A stretch of 64,000 nucleotides of DNA. Source: Candidatus Dormiibacterota bacterium (GTDB lineage Bacteria; Chloroflexota; Dormibacteria; Aeolococcales; Aeolococcaceae). A program made the position numbers and the translations under genes. The number at the start of each line of letters is the position of its first letter. The stretch's first letter is position 1. The stretch spans positions 193,988 through 257,987 of the forward strand of contig CAVPTG010000007.1 in NCBI GenBank assembly GCA_963708605.1. The letters are read 5' to 3'. The notes beneath the pieces were generated by a model, which did not search any database, was not told where the DNA came from, and saw only the letters and a list, made by a program, of their open reading frames with translations. Shown here one piece after another: positions 46,007 to 54,729 of the stretch.

Positions 46007-47032
46007 GTGAACGGCTTGCAGACCGGAGCGGTCATCGGCATCTCGATCGCCGCATTGATCGCCACGTTAGCGGCGAGCGAGGTCCTCGTGCGAGGCGTCG
46101 GTCGCCTGGCCTGGAACCTCGGTCTGCTCGGTGGCGTGGTCGGGTTGATCGTCGCGCTATGCGCGGACTCGCCGGAGATCTCGTCATCCGTCTCAGCGGT
46201 TGCCAACGGATCCGCCGCCACCGCGGCCGGCGTCGTCTTCGGCTCGAACGTGTTCAACATCGCGGTGCTGCTGGGCGGCGCAGCGCTCGCCGCAGGCCGG
46301 GTGAGGATCCCGCTCGCAGCGCTCGTGGTCGACGGAGGAGTCGCGATCCTGGTGACGCTCTCGATCGGGCTGGTCGTGCTCGGCGATCTCCCCGTGCCGC
46401 TGGGCTTGGTGCTGATGCTGCTCGTCTTCGTTCCGTATGTGATCTTTCTCGCGCTGCGCACCTCGACAATCGCTCGAGTGCCGCTGCCGCGCCGCGTGAG
46501 TTTGTTTCTCGTGAGCGCCTCGCAGGAGGCGGGCGTCGAGGGGATGGAGCTCGAATCACAGCTCGAGGACATCGCTCCGCGGACGCATTCCCGGGACTGG
46601 TGGCCCGTCGCGCTCATGGTTCCGGCCCTGGCGGTGATTGTCGGAGGATCGATCGTCGTGGTGCAGGGAGCGGTCACCCTCGGGCAGCGGTGGGGGATAG
46701 CCAGCGTGCTCGTCGGGGTCGTGGCGCTTGCGGCGGCAACGAGCCTCCCGAATGCGTATGCGGCAATCCGGCTCGCTCTCGACGGGCGCGGGGCCGCGGT
46801 TGTCAGCGCAACCTTCAACAGCAACACGTTGAACCTGATCGCCGGTATCGCCGTGCCGGTCATCCTGTATCCCGCGCTCCGCGGCTCGGTGCCAACGGCA
46901 TATGTCTTCTGGCTCCTAGGAATGAGCATCTTCGCGATGCTCATGCTCGCGACCGGGCTCACGCGTCGCGGGGCGGTGCTCATCCTTGCGGCGTATGCCG
47001 GATTCGTGACCTACGCCGTGGTCACGGCTTAG
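46007..47032 (+). CDS. Na+/Ca2+ exchanger-family (CaCA) membrane protein
   Basis: 341 aa, polytopic. Two alpha-repeat-like motifs, 'ALCADSPEISSSV...GSNVFNIAVLLG' and 'AAATSLPNAYAAI...ATFNSNTLNLIAGI'. Confidence 0.75.
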   Translation: MNGLQTGAVIGISIAALIATLAASEVLVRGVGRLAWNLGLLGGVVGLIVALCADSPEISSSVSAVANGSAATAAGVVFGSNVFNIAVLLGGAALAAGRVRIPLAALVVDGGVAILVTLSIGLVVLGDLPVPLGLVLMLLVFVPYVIFLALRTSTIARVPLPRRVSLFLVSASQEAGVEGMELESQLEDIAPRTHSRDWWPVALMVPALAVIVGGSIVVVQGAVTLGQRWGIASVLVGVVALAAATSLPNAYAAIRLALDGRGAAVVSATFNSNTLNLIAGIAVPVILYPALRGSVPTAYVFWLLGMSIFAMLMLATGLTRRGAVLILAAYAGFVTYAVVTA

Positions 47033-48467
47033 CGCGATATCTCCAGAATTGCGGCAGCACCGCGCACAGCGCGGCGGTTCCGACCACGCAGAGGATGCCG
47101 CCGCTCACGACCGATGCCCGCACGCCGGCAAGTGATCCGACCACTCCCGCCTCGAAATTGCCGAGCGCCGGTCCCGAGGTGTAGCTGATCATCTCGATGC
47201 CTGCCAGACGTCCGCGCACCGCATCGGGGATCGTCTGATTCCACAACGTCGAACGAAACAGGCCACTGATCATGTCGGCCGCACCGGCGAATGCCAGGGC
47301 GAGCAGCGCCATCCACAGCGAGCTTGCGAGGCCGAACCCCACGATTGCAATCCCCCAGGCGGCGGCGGCGAACGCGATCGCGCGACCATGATGGAGCACG
47401 GCGCGCGTCCATCCGCTGGTGAGGGTCGCGATCAGCGAGCCGACCGACGGTGCGGTGTAGAGGAGGCCGAGGACGGCGGGGCCACCGAGACCCGAAGCGA
47501 TCTGCGGGAACAGTGCCATCGGCATGCCGAAGAACATGGCGTTGATGTCAACCAGGTATGACCCGAGCAGGTCCGAACGGCTCGCGGCATAGCGGAGGCC
47601 GGCGAGCGCCGCTCGAAGATTCACCCCCTCGGCGTCTGGCGCCGGCGGCACGTCACGCATGAGTGTCAGCGCAACCGTCGCCACGAGGAACGTGGCCACG
47701 TCGACGCCGAAGGTCGCCGGCAATCCCACGGTGGCGATGAGAATGCCGGCGAGCGGCGGGCCAAGCACCTGGCCGAGGTTGCCTCGCAGGGATTCGAGTG
47801 CGGCCGCGGCGGTCAGCTGGTCACGCGAGACGATTCGGGGAACAAGCGCATCGAGCGAGGGCCGTTCCAGGGCATCGACCCCCGCGGCGGCGATCACCAC
47901 CACGAACAGCACCCACAGTTGCGGGTGTGGCAGCGTCGCGTTCACGACGAGGACCGCCACCACGACGCACGCACTGACCTGCGTGATCCGCACCATGCGG
48001 CGCCGGTCGACCGCATCGGCAAGCGCACCGCCGACAAATGACATCAGCAGGATGGGGATCAGCTCAGCCAGGCTGACCAGACCGACCACCAGCGACGATC
48101 GCGTGAGCTCGTACACCTGGAAGGGAACGGCGACGTAGGTGATCATGCTGCCGGCGAAGGACACCCCCTGTCCGATGAAGAGCAGCCGGAACTCTCTCGA
48201 TTCGCGAAGTGGCGACACGTCGAACGCGAGAAAGCGCAGCCGGCCTCGCGGACCAGGGCCATCGCGATCGCGATCGCGATCTCGAGTTTCGGCCGCCGGG
48301 ACGGACTCCAACTGGGGATCAGGCGTTGCACGCGTGTGCGGCGGTGCTTCCTCGGACACGCGTGCAACTCTGCGGCCTGAGTTGATCCGGATGGCGGTCT
48401 CAGTCCTTATCGGTGACATGAAGATGCGAGCGTTGCCGGTGCCTGAACCGTGACGATCGGGCCGCAC
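47022..48467 (-). CDS. MFS transporter (EntS/YbdA-like)
   Basis: 'FRLLFIGQGVSFAGSMITYVAVPFQVY' and 'GGALADAVDRRRM', with ~12 helices. The long N-terminal Arg/Asp-rich tail makes the start uncertain (48467, 48419 or later). Confidence 0.75.
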   Translation of the reverse strand: MRPDRHGSGTGNARIFMSPIRTETAIRINSGRRVARVSEEAPPHTRATPDPQLESVPAAETRDRDRDRDGPGPRGRLRFLAFDVSPLRESREFRLLFIGQGVSFAGSMITYVAVPFQVYELTRSSLVVGLVSLAELIPILLMSFVGGALADAVDRRRMVRITQVSACVVVAVLVVNATLPHPQLWVLFVVVIAAAGVDALERPSLDALVPRIVSRDQLTAAAALESLRGNLGQVLGPPLAGILIATVGLPATFGVDVATFLVATVALTLMRDVPPAPDAEGVNLRAALAGLRYAASRSDLLGSYLVDINAMFFGMPMALFPQIASGLGGPAVLGLLYTAPSVGSLIATLTSGWTRAVLHHGRAIAFAAAAWGIAIVGFGLASSLWMALLALAFAGAADMISGLFRSTLWNQTIPDAVRGRLAGIEMISYTSGPALGNFEAGVVGSLAGVRASVVSGGILCVVGTAALCAVLPQFWRYRAKP

Positions 48468-48684
48468 ACAATACTTGACCGTTCTGGTCGGGATTGGCTA
48501 CCATCGGGCGATGGGCGCCACGGCTCTCGGATTGACCCGCTGCCGGTGGCTCGACGACGGCTGTTGCGGCTCCGCCATCTGTCGTCGCTAGCACGCGATT
48601 CCGCAGGTCACTTTCGCTCGGGCGGAAGCGACGCGATCACGTACACAAGGTTCTGCCGTCAACCCTGTTCACGAGGTACATGAC

Positions 48685-49230
48685 ATGTCCGTCACCGATG
48701 AGCTGGTGAAAAACAACGAGCGCTACGCAGCCACGTTCACGAAGGGAAGCACGCCGCTCGCGCCTGCGCGTGGCGTCGCGGTGGTCGCGTGCATGGATGC
48801 ACGCCTGCACGTGAGTGCGATCCTCGGACTGGAGGTCGGTGATGCCCACATCATTCGTAACGCCGGTGGCGTGGTCACCGACGACGCCATTCGCTCGCTC
48901 GTGATCTCGCAGCGATTGCTGGCAACCAGGGAGATCATCCTCATCCATCACAGCGACTGCGGCATGGTCACGTTCAGCGACGACGCGGTGAAGGCGCAGA
49001 TCCAAGAGGACACCGGCATTCGCCCGCCGTTCTCGCTCGAGGCGTTCCCGAATGCCGAGGATGACGTGCGCCAGTCGATCGCGCGTATCAAGGCAAGCCC
49101 GTTCATCCCGCACCGAGACAGTGTCCGCGGGTTTGTGTACGACGTGTCGACCGGCCGGCTGAACGAAGTGGCCGCAGACCGCGAGCTCACCGGCGCGTCG
49201 GCCGGCGCGACCGAGGGGGCCGCCCGCTAG
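48685..49230 (+). CDS. beta-class carbonic anhydrase
   Basis: 181 aa with 'VVACMDARL', 'IIRNAGG' and 'LIHHSDCGM' (Cys-Asp-Arg ... His-x-x-Cys zinc site). Confidence 0.85.
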   Translation: MSVTDELVKNNERYAATFTKGSTPLAPARGVAVVACMDARLHVSAILGLEVGDAHIIRNAGGVVTDDAIRSLVISQRLLATREIILIHHSDCGMVTFSDDAVKAQIQEDTGIRPPFSLEAFPNAEDDVRQSIARIKASPFIPHRDSVRGFVYDVSTGRLNEVAADRELTGASAGATEGAAR

Positions 49231-49513
49231 TCCGCCAACAGTCACACGTTCGTGACATGCGCTGGTTGAGCTTCACAAAGCCGGGGCTCGATCTCAGACG
49301 CTCACCGTGCGCCGCAAGCACACGGTGAGCAACGCGAAAGTTGCGCACAGGCATGTGCCTTGCTGTGCAAACAACGACGACAGTTGTCCACATTGTGCAC
49401 AGGCTCGTGGGTGTCAAACGCGTCGTGGCCGACGCGCAACTCAACCCGCTCACGATGGTTGACAGGGGATGATGGCGGCGGCGTACACTCCCCGAGTGAC
49501 ATCGGAGGCGGGT

Positions 49514-49813
49514 ATGTCGAGGCATTCACAGCGAGCCATCATGCCGCGCCGGATCTGCGCACGGGTGGGATGTGGCGAGCTTGTACACAAGCCCACGGCA
49601 AAGTACTGCAGCATCAAATGCTGCTCAATCGATCCCGCGCGTCACGAACGTCTGCGCAACCAGGCACGGCGCGCGTCCGCACGTCCCATACCGATGTTGC
49701 GTCAACTGCGGTTCGAATTCCAACCCACCGGCTTTGATCCCGAGGCGCAGCTGAACGAGTTGTGCCGGGCGCGAGAGGACGTCCCCGCAGGCATGTCCCG
49801 CCTCACCGGCTGA
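49514..49813 (+). CDS. hypothetical Cys-rich small protein (zinc-ribbon-like 'C..GCG...YCSIKCC')
   Basis: ATG 49514 (inside track ORF 49469..49813) lies 5 nt after GGAGG. 99 aa. Third-position G/C bias is lower than in core genes. Confidence 0.45.
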   Translation: MSRHSQRAIMPRRICARVGCGELVHKPTAKYCSIKCCSIDPARHERLRNQARRASARPIPMLRQLRFEFQPTGFDPEAQLNELCRAREDVPAGMSRLTG

Positions 49814-49869
49814 GGCAAACTCGCAGATCACCGAGTGCCGCCGGGCGGACTGCGTAGAATCGGCGTCCC

Positions 49870-51691
49870 ATGCCCGACGAGATCGTTGACGACGCCGCGG
49901 AAGCAGGCGCCCCGCTCCCTGCTCCATCCGAGCCGACACTCGAGATCGTCCGGCACAGTGCCGCCCACCTGATGGCCGCCGCAGTGGTCGACCTGTTTCC
50001 CGGTGCCCAGTACGACGTCGGTCCGGCGATCGAGGACGGCTTCTTCTACAACTTCCGGCTTCCCGATGGCCGCCACCTTCGTCGACGACGACCTGCAGCG
50101 CATTGAAGCGCGGATGGGCGAGCTGGCCGCCAGGAAGATCGTTTTCGTGCAGGAAGTGGTACCACGCCAGCAGGCGATCGCGATGTTCACCGCCATGCAC
50201 CAGGACTTCAAGGTCGACATCATCAACCGGCTCGCGCCCGATGTCGCCACGGTCAGCATCTACCGGACCGGTGAGTTCGTCGATCTGTGCCGCGGTCCGC
50301 ACGTCCCCGACACCGGTTGGCTCACGGCCGTGCGCGTGCTTCGCATCGCCGGCGTGTACTGGCGCGGTGACGCGCGCAACGAGCAGCTCCAGCGCGTGTA
50401 CGGCACGGCCTGGTTCACGAAGGACGAGCTCGATGCGTACATGCACCGGCTCGACGAGGCGCGCAAGCGCGACCATCGCCGGCTCGGCGCCGAGCTCGAT
50501 CTCTTCTCGTTCCCCGACGAGATCGGGTCGGGCCTCCCCGTGTTTCACCCCAATGGCGGGCTGGTGCGCAAGCTGATGGAGGACTACTCGCGGCAGCGCC
50601 ACGAGGAGGCCGGCTACTCCTTCGTGAACACACCGCACATCACCAAGGAGGACCTGTTCAAGGTCTCTGGACATCTCGAATGGTTCGCCGAGGGGATGTT
50701 CCCGCCGATGGAGCTCGACGAGGGCACCAAGTACTACCTCAAGCCGATGAACTGCCCGATGCACATCCTCATCTACCGGAGCAGGATGCGCTCGTATCGC
50801 GAATTGCCGTTGCGGCTCTTCGAGTTCGGCAGCGTCTATCGGTACGAGAAGTCGGGCGTGATCCATGGCCTCACCCGGGTGCGCGGGCTCACCATGGACG
50901 ATGCGCACATCTTCTGCGCGCGCGAGCAGATGATGGATGAGCTCGTCTCGCTGCTCGACTTCACGCTCGGCCTGCTGCGCGATTTCGGTCTCACCGATTT
51001 CTACCTGGAGCTGTCGACCCGCCCCGAGCACAAGGCGGTCGGCACGAGGGACGAGTGGGACGCCGCCACCAGCGCGCTGCGCCAGGCCGCGGAGGGGCGC
51101 AACCTGGAGCTCGTCCTCGATGAGGGTGGCGGCGCGTTCTACGGACCCAAGATCTCGGTGCAGGCGCGAGACGCGATCGGTCGGACGTGGCAGATGTCGA
51201 CCATCCAGGTGGACTTCCAGTTCCCGCAGCGCTTCGACCTGCACTTCATCGATGACACCGGCGCCGAGCAGCAACCGATCATGATCCATCGCGCGCTCTT
51301 CGGATCCATCGAGCGCTTCTTCGGCATCCTGCTCGAGCACTACGCAGGGCACTTCCCCCTCTGGCTGGCGCCGGTGCAGTGCGCGTTGGTCCCAGTCCAG
51401 GACGACAGCGAGGAGGTGATGGCCGCCATCCGGAGCCTCGCCGCCGGCATGCGCGACCGCGGGTTGCGCGCATCCATCGACGAGCGTCACGGCGAACGCA
51501 TGCAGGCACGAGTGCGCGATGCGGAGCTCAAGCGCATTCCGTACGTGGTGGTCATCGGCAAACGCGATATCGAGCGCGGCGACGGCATGGTCAGGGTTCG
51601 CGATGTGCGCCGCAACGTCCAGGAGGACATGTCGACCGTCCAGCTCATCGATCGCCTGGCCGCCGAGGTGAGCGAGCGGCGTCCAGAGTGA
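49870..51691 (+). pseudogene. thrS: threonyl-tRNA synthetase (no TGS domain), interrupted by a +1 frameshift at ~50071
   Basis: '[44 protein letters not shown]' is in track ORF 49870..50106. The continuation '[19 protein letters not shown]...RGPHVP...KRDHRRLG...YLKPMNCPMH...' is in track ORF 50003..51691. Total 1822 nt = 3n+1. Confidence 0.9.
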
Positions 51692-52286
51692 GACGGCCCC
51701 GGCCGCGCAGCGCGCCGGACCTCCTCGTGCGTCACCCGCCACTGCGCGGCGAGGCCAAGCTGCGCGCCGCACTCGCCGCGTTCGACGTGCGCGTGACCGG
51801 CAGGGTCTGCCTCGACGTCGGAGCGGCCGCCGGAGGATTCACGCGGGTCCTGCTCGAGGCGGGCGCCTCACGCGTGTACGCGGTCGACGCCGGCTTCGGT
51901 CAGCTCCTCGGATCGCTCCGGCAGGATCCGCGCGTGGTCAATCTCGAGGCCACCAATGTCGCGGCCCTCGACGGACTGCAGCGTGCCCGACGCTCATCGA
52001 GGTGGTGACCATCGACGTCTCGTACCTGGCGCTCGCCGCAGCCGTGGCGCAGCTCGATCGCATCACGATCGCGCCCGATGCCGACCTGATCGGCCTGGTC
52101 AAGCCGATGTTCGAGTTGCGTCTTGCAACGGCGCCCACCGAACCGCCGCTCGTCGATGCCGCGACCGAGCGGGCGTCGGCCGGCATCGTCGCGGCCGGTT
52201 GGGAGGTTATCGGCAGCATGCCCTCGCCGGTGCTCGGGGGGCGAGGAGCGGTGGAGGCCCTGGTCCACGCCCGGCGATCATCCTGA
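51688..52286 (+). pseudogene. TlyA-like FtsJ-type methyltransferase paralogue lacking the S4 domain, interrupted by a -1 frameshift near 51975-51990
   Basis: GTG 51688 overlaps the thrS stop. 'LRGEAKLRAALAAFDVRVTGRVCLDVGAAAGGFTRVLLEAGASRVYAVDAGFGQL' is in track ORF 51379..52008. The continuation 'TLIEVVTIDVSYLAL...LVKPMFEL...' is in track ORF 52002..52286. Total 599 nt = 3n+2. Confidence 0.7.
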
Positions 52287-52420
52287 CCTCGCAGCAGGTT
52301 TGGCCCTCGCGCGAGCGTGTTATATTCAGCGCCCGACGCCCGTCATGGGCGCCGCAAAGCAGGTCCGTCAGGTACGGCCCTCACCTTCCGGGCTTGCCTT
52401 GAAGGTCCAGCACCCGAACC

Positions 52421-52450
52421 CTGGATAGCGGAACCGCTGTCCAGTTTTTT
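52421..52450 (+). terminator. intrinsic terminator / attenuator immediately upstream of the infC ribosome-binding site
   Basis: Inverted repeat ctggatagcgg / ccgctgtccag (one G-U pair, 4-nt effective loop) at 52421-52444, followed by T6 at 52445-52450. AAGGAGG follows at 52459-52465. Confidence 0.7.
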
Positions 52451-52473
52451 ATATCCACAAGGAGGCCGCGCCG

Positions 52474-53127
52474 ATCGCATTCCGAGAGCTCAGGGTCAAC
52501 GACCAGATCCGCATCCCGACTGTCCGTCTCTTCGATGACACCACCGGCGAGCAGTTGGGAATCGTCACCATCGAGCGGGCACGAGAGCTCGCAGCCCAAC
52601 GTGAACTGGACCTGGTCGAGGTAGCGCCCCAGGCCCAACCGCCGGTGTGCCGTCTCATGGACTACGGGCGCTTCAAGTTCGAAGCCCTGAAGAAGGAGAA
52701 GGAAAGCCGCAAAGAGCACAACACCATCAACGTCAAGGAGATGAAGCTGCGTCCGAAGATCTCGGAGCATGACTTCCAGACCAAGTTCGGGTCTGTCCGT
52801 CACTTCCTCCACGACGGTGACAAGGTCAAGCTCACGATCATGTTCCGCGGACGCGAGATGGTGCACCAGGAGTATGGGCGCAAGCTGCTCGACCGGATGG
52901 CCGAGGAACTGAAAGAGGTGGCGATCATCGAGCGGACCCCTCTCGTCGAGGGCCGCAACATGATCATGATCATGAGCCCGCTCAACAAGAAGCACGCGAA
53001 AGGCGACCAGCACAGCAATGATCGGCGTCCGACACAGGAAGTGGAGGTGAGCGTCACCGTTCCGGAAGAAGATGCCGCCGCCGAATCAGGGAGCAACAAC
53101 GACCATGCCGAAGATACGAACCCATAA
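52474..53127 (+). CDS. infC: translation initiation factor IF-3, non-AUG (ATC) start
   Basis: Homology extends upstream of track ORF 52555..53127: 'IAFRELRVNDQIRIPTVRLFDDTTGEQLGIV'. The only start-like codon at proper distance (8 nt) from AAGGAGG is ATC 52474. A C-terminal ~45-aa acidic extension overlaps rpmI. Confidence 0.8.
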   Translation: MAFRELRVNDQIRIPTVRLFDDTTGEQLGIVTIERARELAAQRELDLVEVAPQAQPPVCRLMDYGRFKFEALKKEKESRKEHNTINVKEMKLRPKISEHDFQTKFGSVRHFLHDGDKVKLTIMFRGREMVHQEYGRKLLDRMAEELKEVAIIERTPLVEGRNMIMIMSPLNKKHAKGDQHSNDRRPTQEVEVSVTVPEEDAAAESGSNNDHAEDTNP

Positions 53128-53302
53128 GGGAACCGCCAAGCGGCTCCGCGTCACCTCGACCGGAAAGGTGATGCGGCGCAAGGCGTTTCGCTCGCACCTG
53201 CTCGAGCACAAGAGCGCCAAGCGCAAGCGCTCATACCGCATGCAACACGAGGTGTCTCCGTCGGACCGCCGCAAGGTGATCCGGCTCGCACCCTACCTTT
53301 AG
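53105..53302 (+). CDS. rpmI: 50S ribosomal protein L35
   Basis: ATG 53105 inside track ORF 53072..53302. 'MPKIRTHKGTAKRLRVTSTGKVMRRKAFRSHLL'. Confidence 0.9.
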   Translation: MPKIRTHKGTAKRLRVTSTGKVMRRKAFRSHLLEHKSAKRKRSYRMQHEVSPSDRRKVIRLAPYL

Positions 53303-53311
53303 GAGAGCGAC

Positions 53312-53674
53312 ATGGCCAGAGTGAAGCGTGGGGTGACGGCCAAGGCTCGCCACCGCAAGATCCTCGAGATGGCGGAGGGGATGCAGGGAGCCCGTCATCG
53401 GCTCTACAAGAACGCCAACGAGGCGGTCATGCATTCGCTCGCCTATGCGTATCGCGACCGTAAGCAGCGCAAGGGCGACATGCGAACCCTGTGGATCGCG
53501 CGCATCAACGCTGCGGCCCGCCAGAACGGCCTTGCATACAACCAGTTCATGCACGGGCTCAAGGAGGCGGGCGTCGAGGTGAATCGGAAGATGCTTGCCG
53601 ACATCGCGGTCAAGGACTCGGGCTCGTTCCAGCAGCTCGTCGAAGTCGCGCGGGGCGCCCTCACCAAGGCGTGA
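53312..53674 (+). CDS. rplT: 50S ribosomal protein L20
   Basis: 120 aa with '[23 protein letters not shown]' and '[25 protein letters not shown]'. AGGAGAG lies upstream. Confidence 0.95.
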   Translation: MARVKRGVTAKARHRKILEMAEGMQGARHRLYKNANEAVMHSLAYAYRDRKQRKGDMRTLWIARINAAARQNGLAYNQFMHGLKEAGVEVNRKMLADIAVKDSGSFQQLVEVARGALTKA

Positions 53675-54729
53675 CCGCCGACCTCCACAGCGTGGCGGCG
53701 GAAGCCCTCGAGGCGGTCGCCGCCGCGCCGGACCTCGCCGCGCTCGACGCGGTGCGGAGCAGGTACCTCGGACGGGGTGACGGCGAGCTGACATCGTTCC
53801 GGCGAGGTCTCGGCAAGATTCCCGACGCCGACGGCCGGCGCCAGATGGGCCAGATGGTCAACGAGCTCGTCGGGCGGGTCGGCGACGCGCTCGACGAGCG
53901 GCAGCGCGCCATCGAGCGCGACGCTCGGGCCCAGAGTGTCGAGGCCGAGACCCTCGACCTCACACGTCCGGCGCCACCGCTGCGCCGCGGCCGTCTCAGC
54001 CCGGTGACCCTGGCGGCCCGCGAGATCCGGCGGATCTTCGGCCTGCTCGGCTTCGAGGCCGTCGACGGGCCCGAGGTCGAATACGACCGGTACAACTTCA
54101 CGCTGGTCAACCAGCCACCCGGCCACCCGGCTCGCGATTCCCAGGACACCTTCTACATCGATGACTGGCGGCTGCTCCGGACCCACACGTCGCCGGTGCA
54201 GATCCGCAGCATGCTCACTCGCGGCGCGCCCCAGCGGGTGATCGTTCCAGGCAAGACGTACCGGCGCGACCACGACGCGACCCACATGCCGATGTTTCAC
54301 CAGGTCGAGGCGCTCTGCATCGACGAGGGGATCGCGGTGAGCGACCTCAAGGGCTCGCTCGAGTTCTTCGCGCGATCCTTCTTCGGCGCGACCTCGGTGC
54401 TGCAGTGGCGTCCGCACCACTTCCCCTTCACCGAGCCGTCGCTCGAGCTCGAGCTGGCCTGCGTGGTCTGCCATGGGTCCGGGTGCAGCGTGTGCAAGTA
54501 CAGCGGATGGCTCGAGCTCCTGGGCAGCGGCATGGTGCATCCCGACGTGCTGCGCAACGGCGGCGTCGATCCCCTGCACTACACGGGCTTCGCGTTCGGC
54601 ATGGGCATCGAGCGTGCGGCAATGCTCGCCTGGGGCATTCCGGACATGCGCCTGCTCTACGACAACGACGTTCGCTTCCTCGTCCCCGAGGCCGTCGCCG
54701 GCGGGCCATCCGAGCGACCCGCTCCGTGA
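53671..54729 (+). CDS. pheS: phenylalanyl-tRNA synthetase alpha subunit
   Basis: GTG 53671 (inside track ORF 53491..54729) overlaps the rplT stop. '[12 protein letters not shown]', '[12 protein letters not shown]', 'PGKTYRRD', 'FHQVEAL' and '[14 protein letters not shown]'. Confidence 0.95.
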   Translation: MTADLHSVAAEALEAVAAAPDLAALDAVRSRYLGRGDGELTSFRRGLGKIPDADGRRQMGQMVNELVGRVGDALDERQRAIERDARAQSVEAETLDLTRPAPPLRRGRLSPVTLAAREIRRIFGLLGFEAVDGPEVEYDRYNFTLVNQPPGHPARDSQDTFYIDDWRLLRTHTSPVQIRSMLTRGAPQRVIVPGKTYRRDHDATHMPMFHQVEALCIDEGIAVSDLKGSLEFFARSFFGATSVLQWRPHHFPFTEPSLELELACVVCHGSGCSVCKYSGWLELLGSGMVHPDVLRNGGVDPLHYTGFAFGMGIERAAMLAWGIPDMRLLYDNDVRFLVPEAVAGGPSERPAP

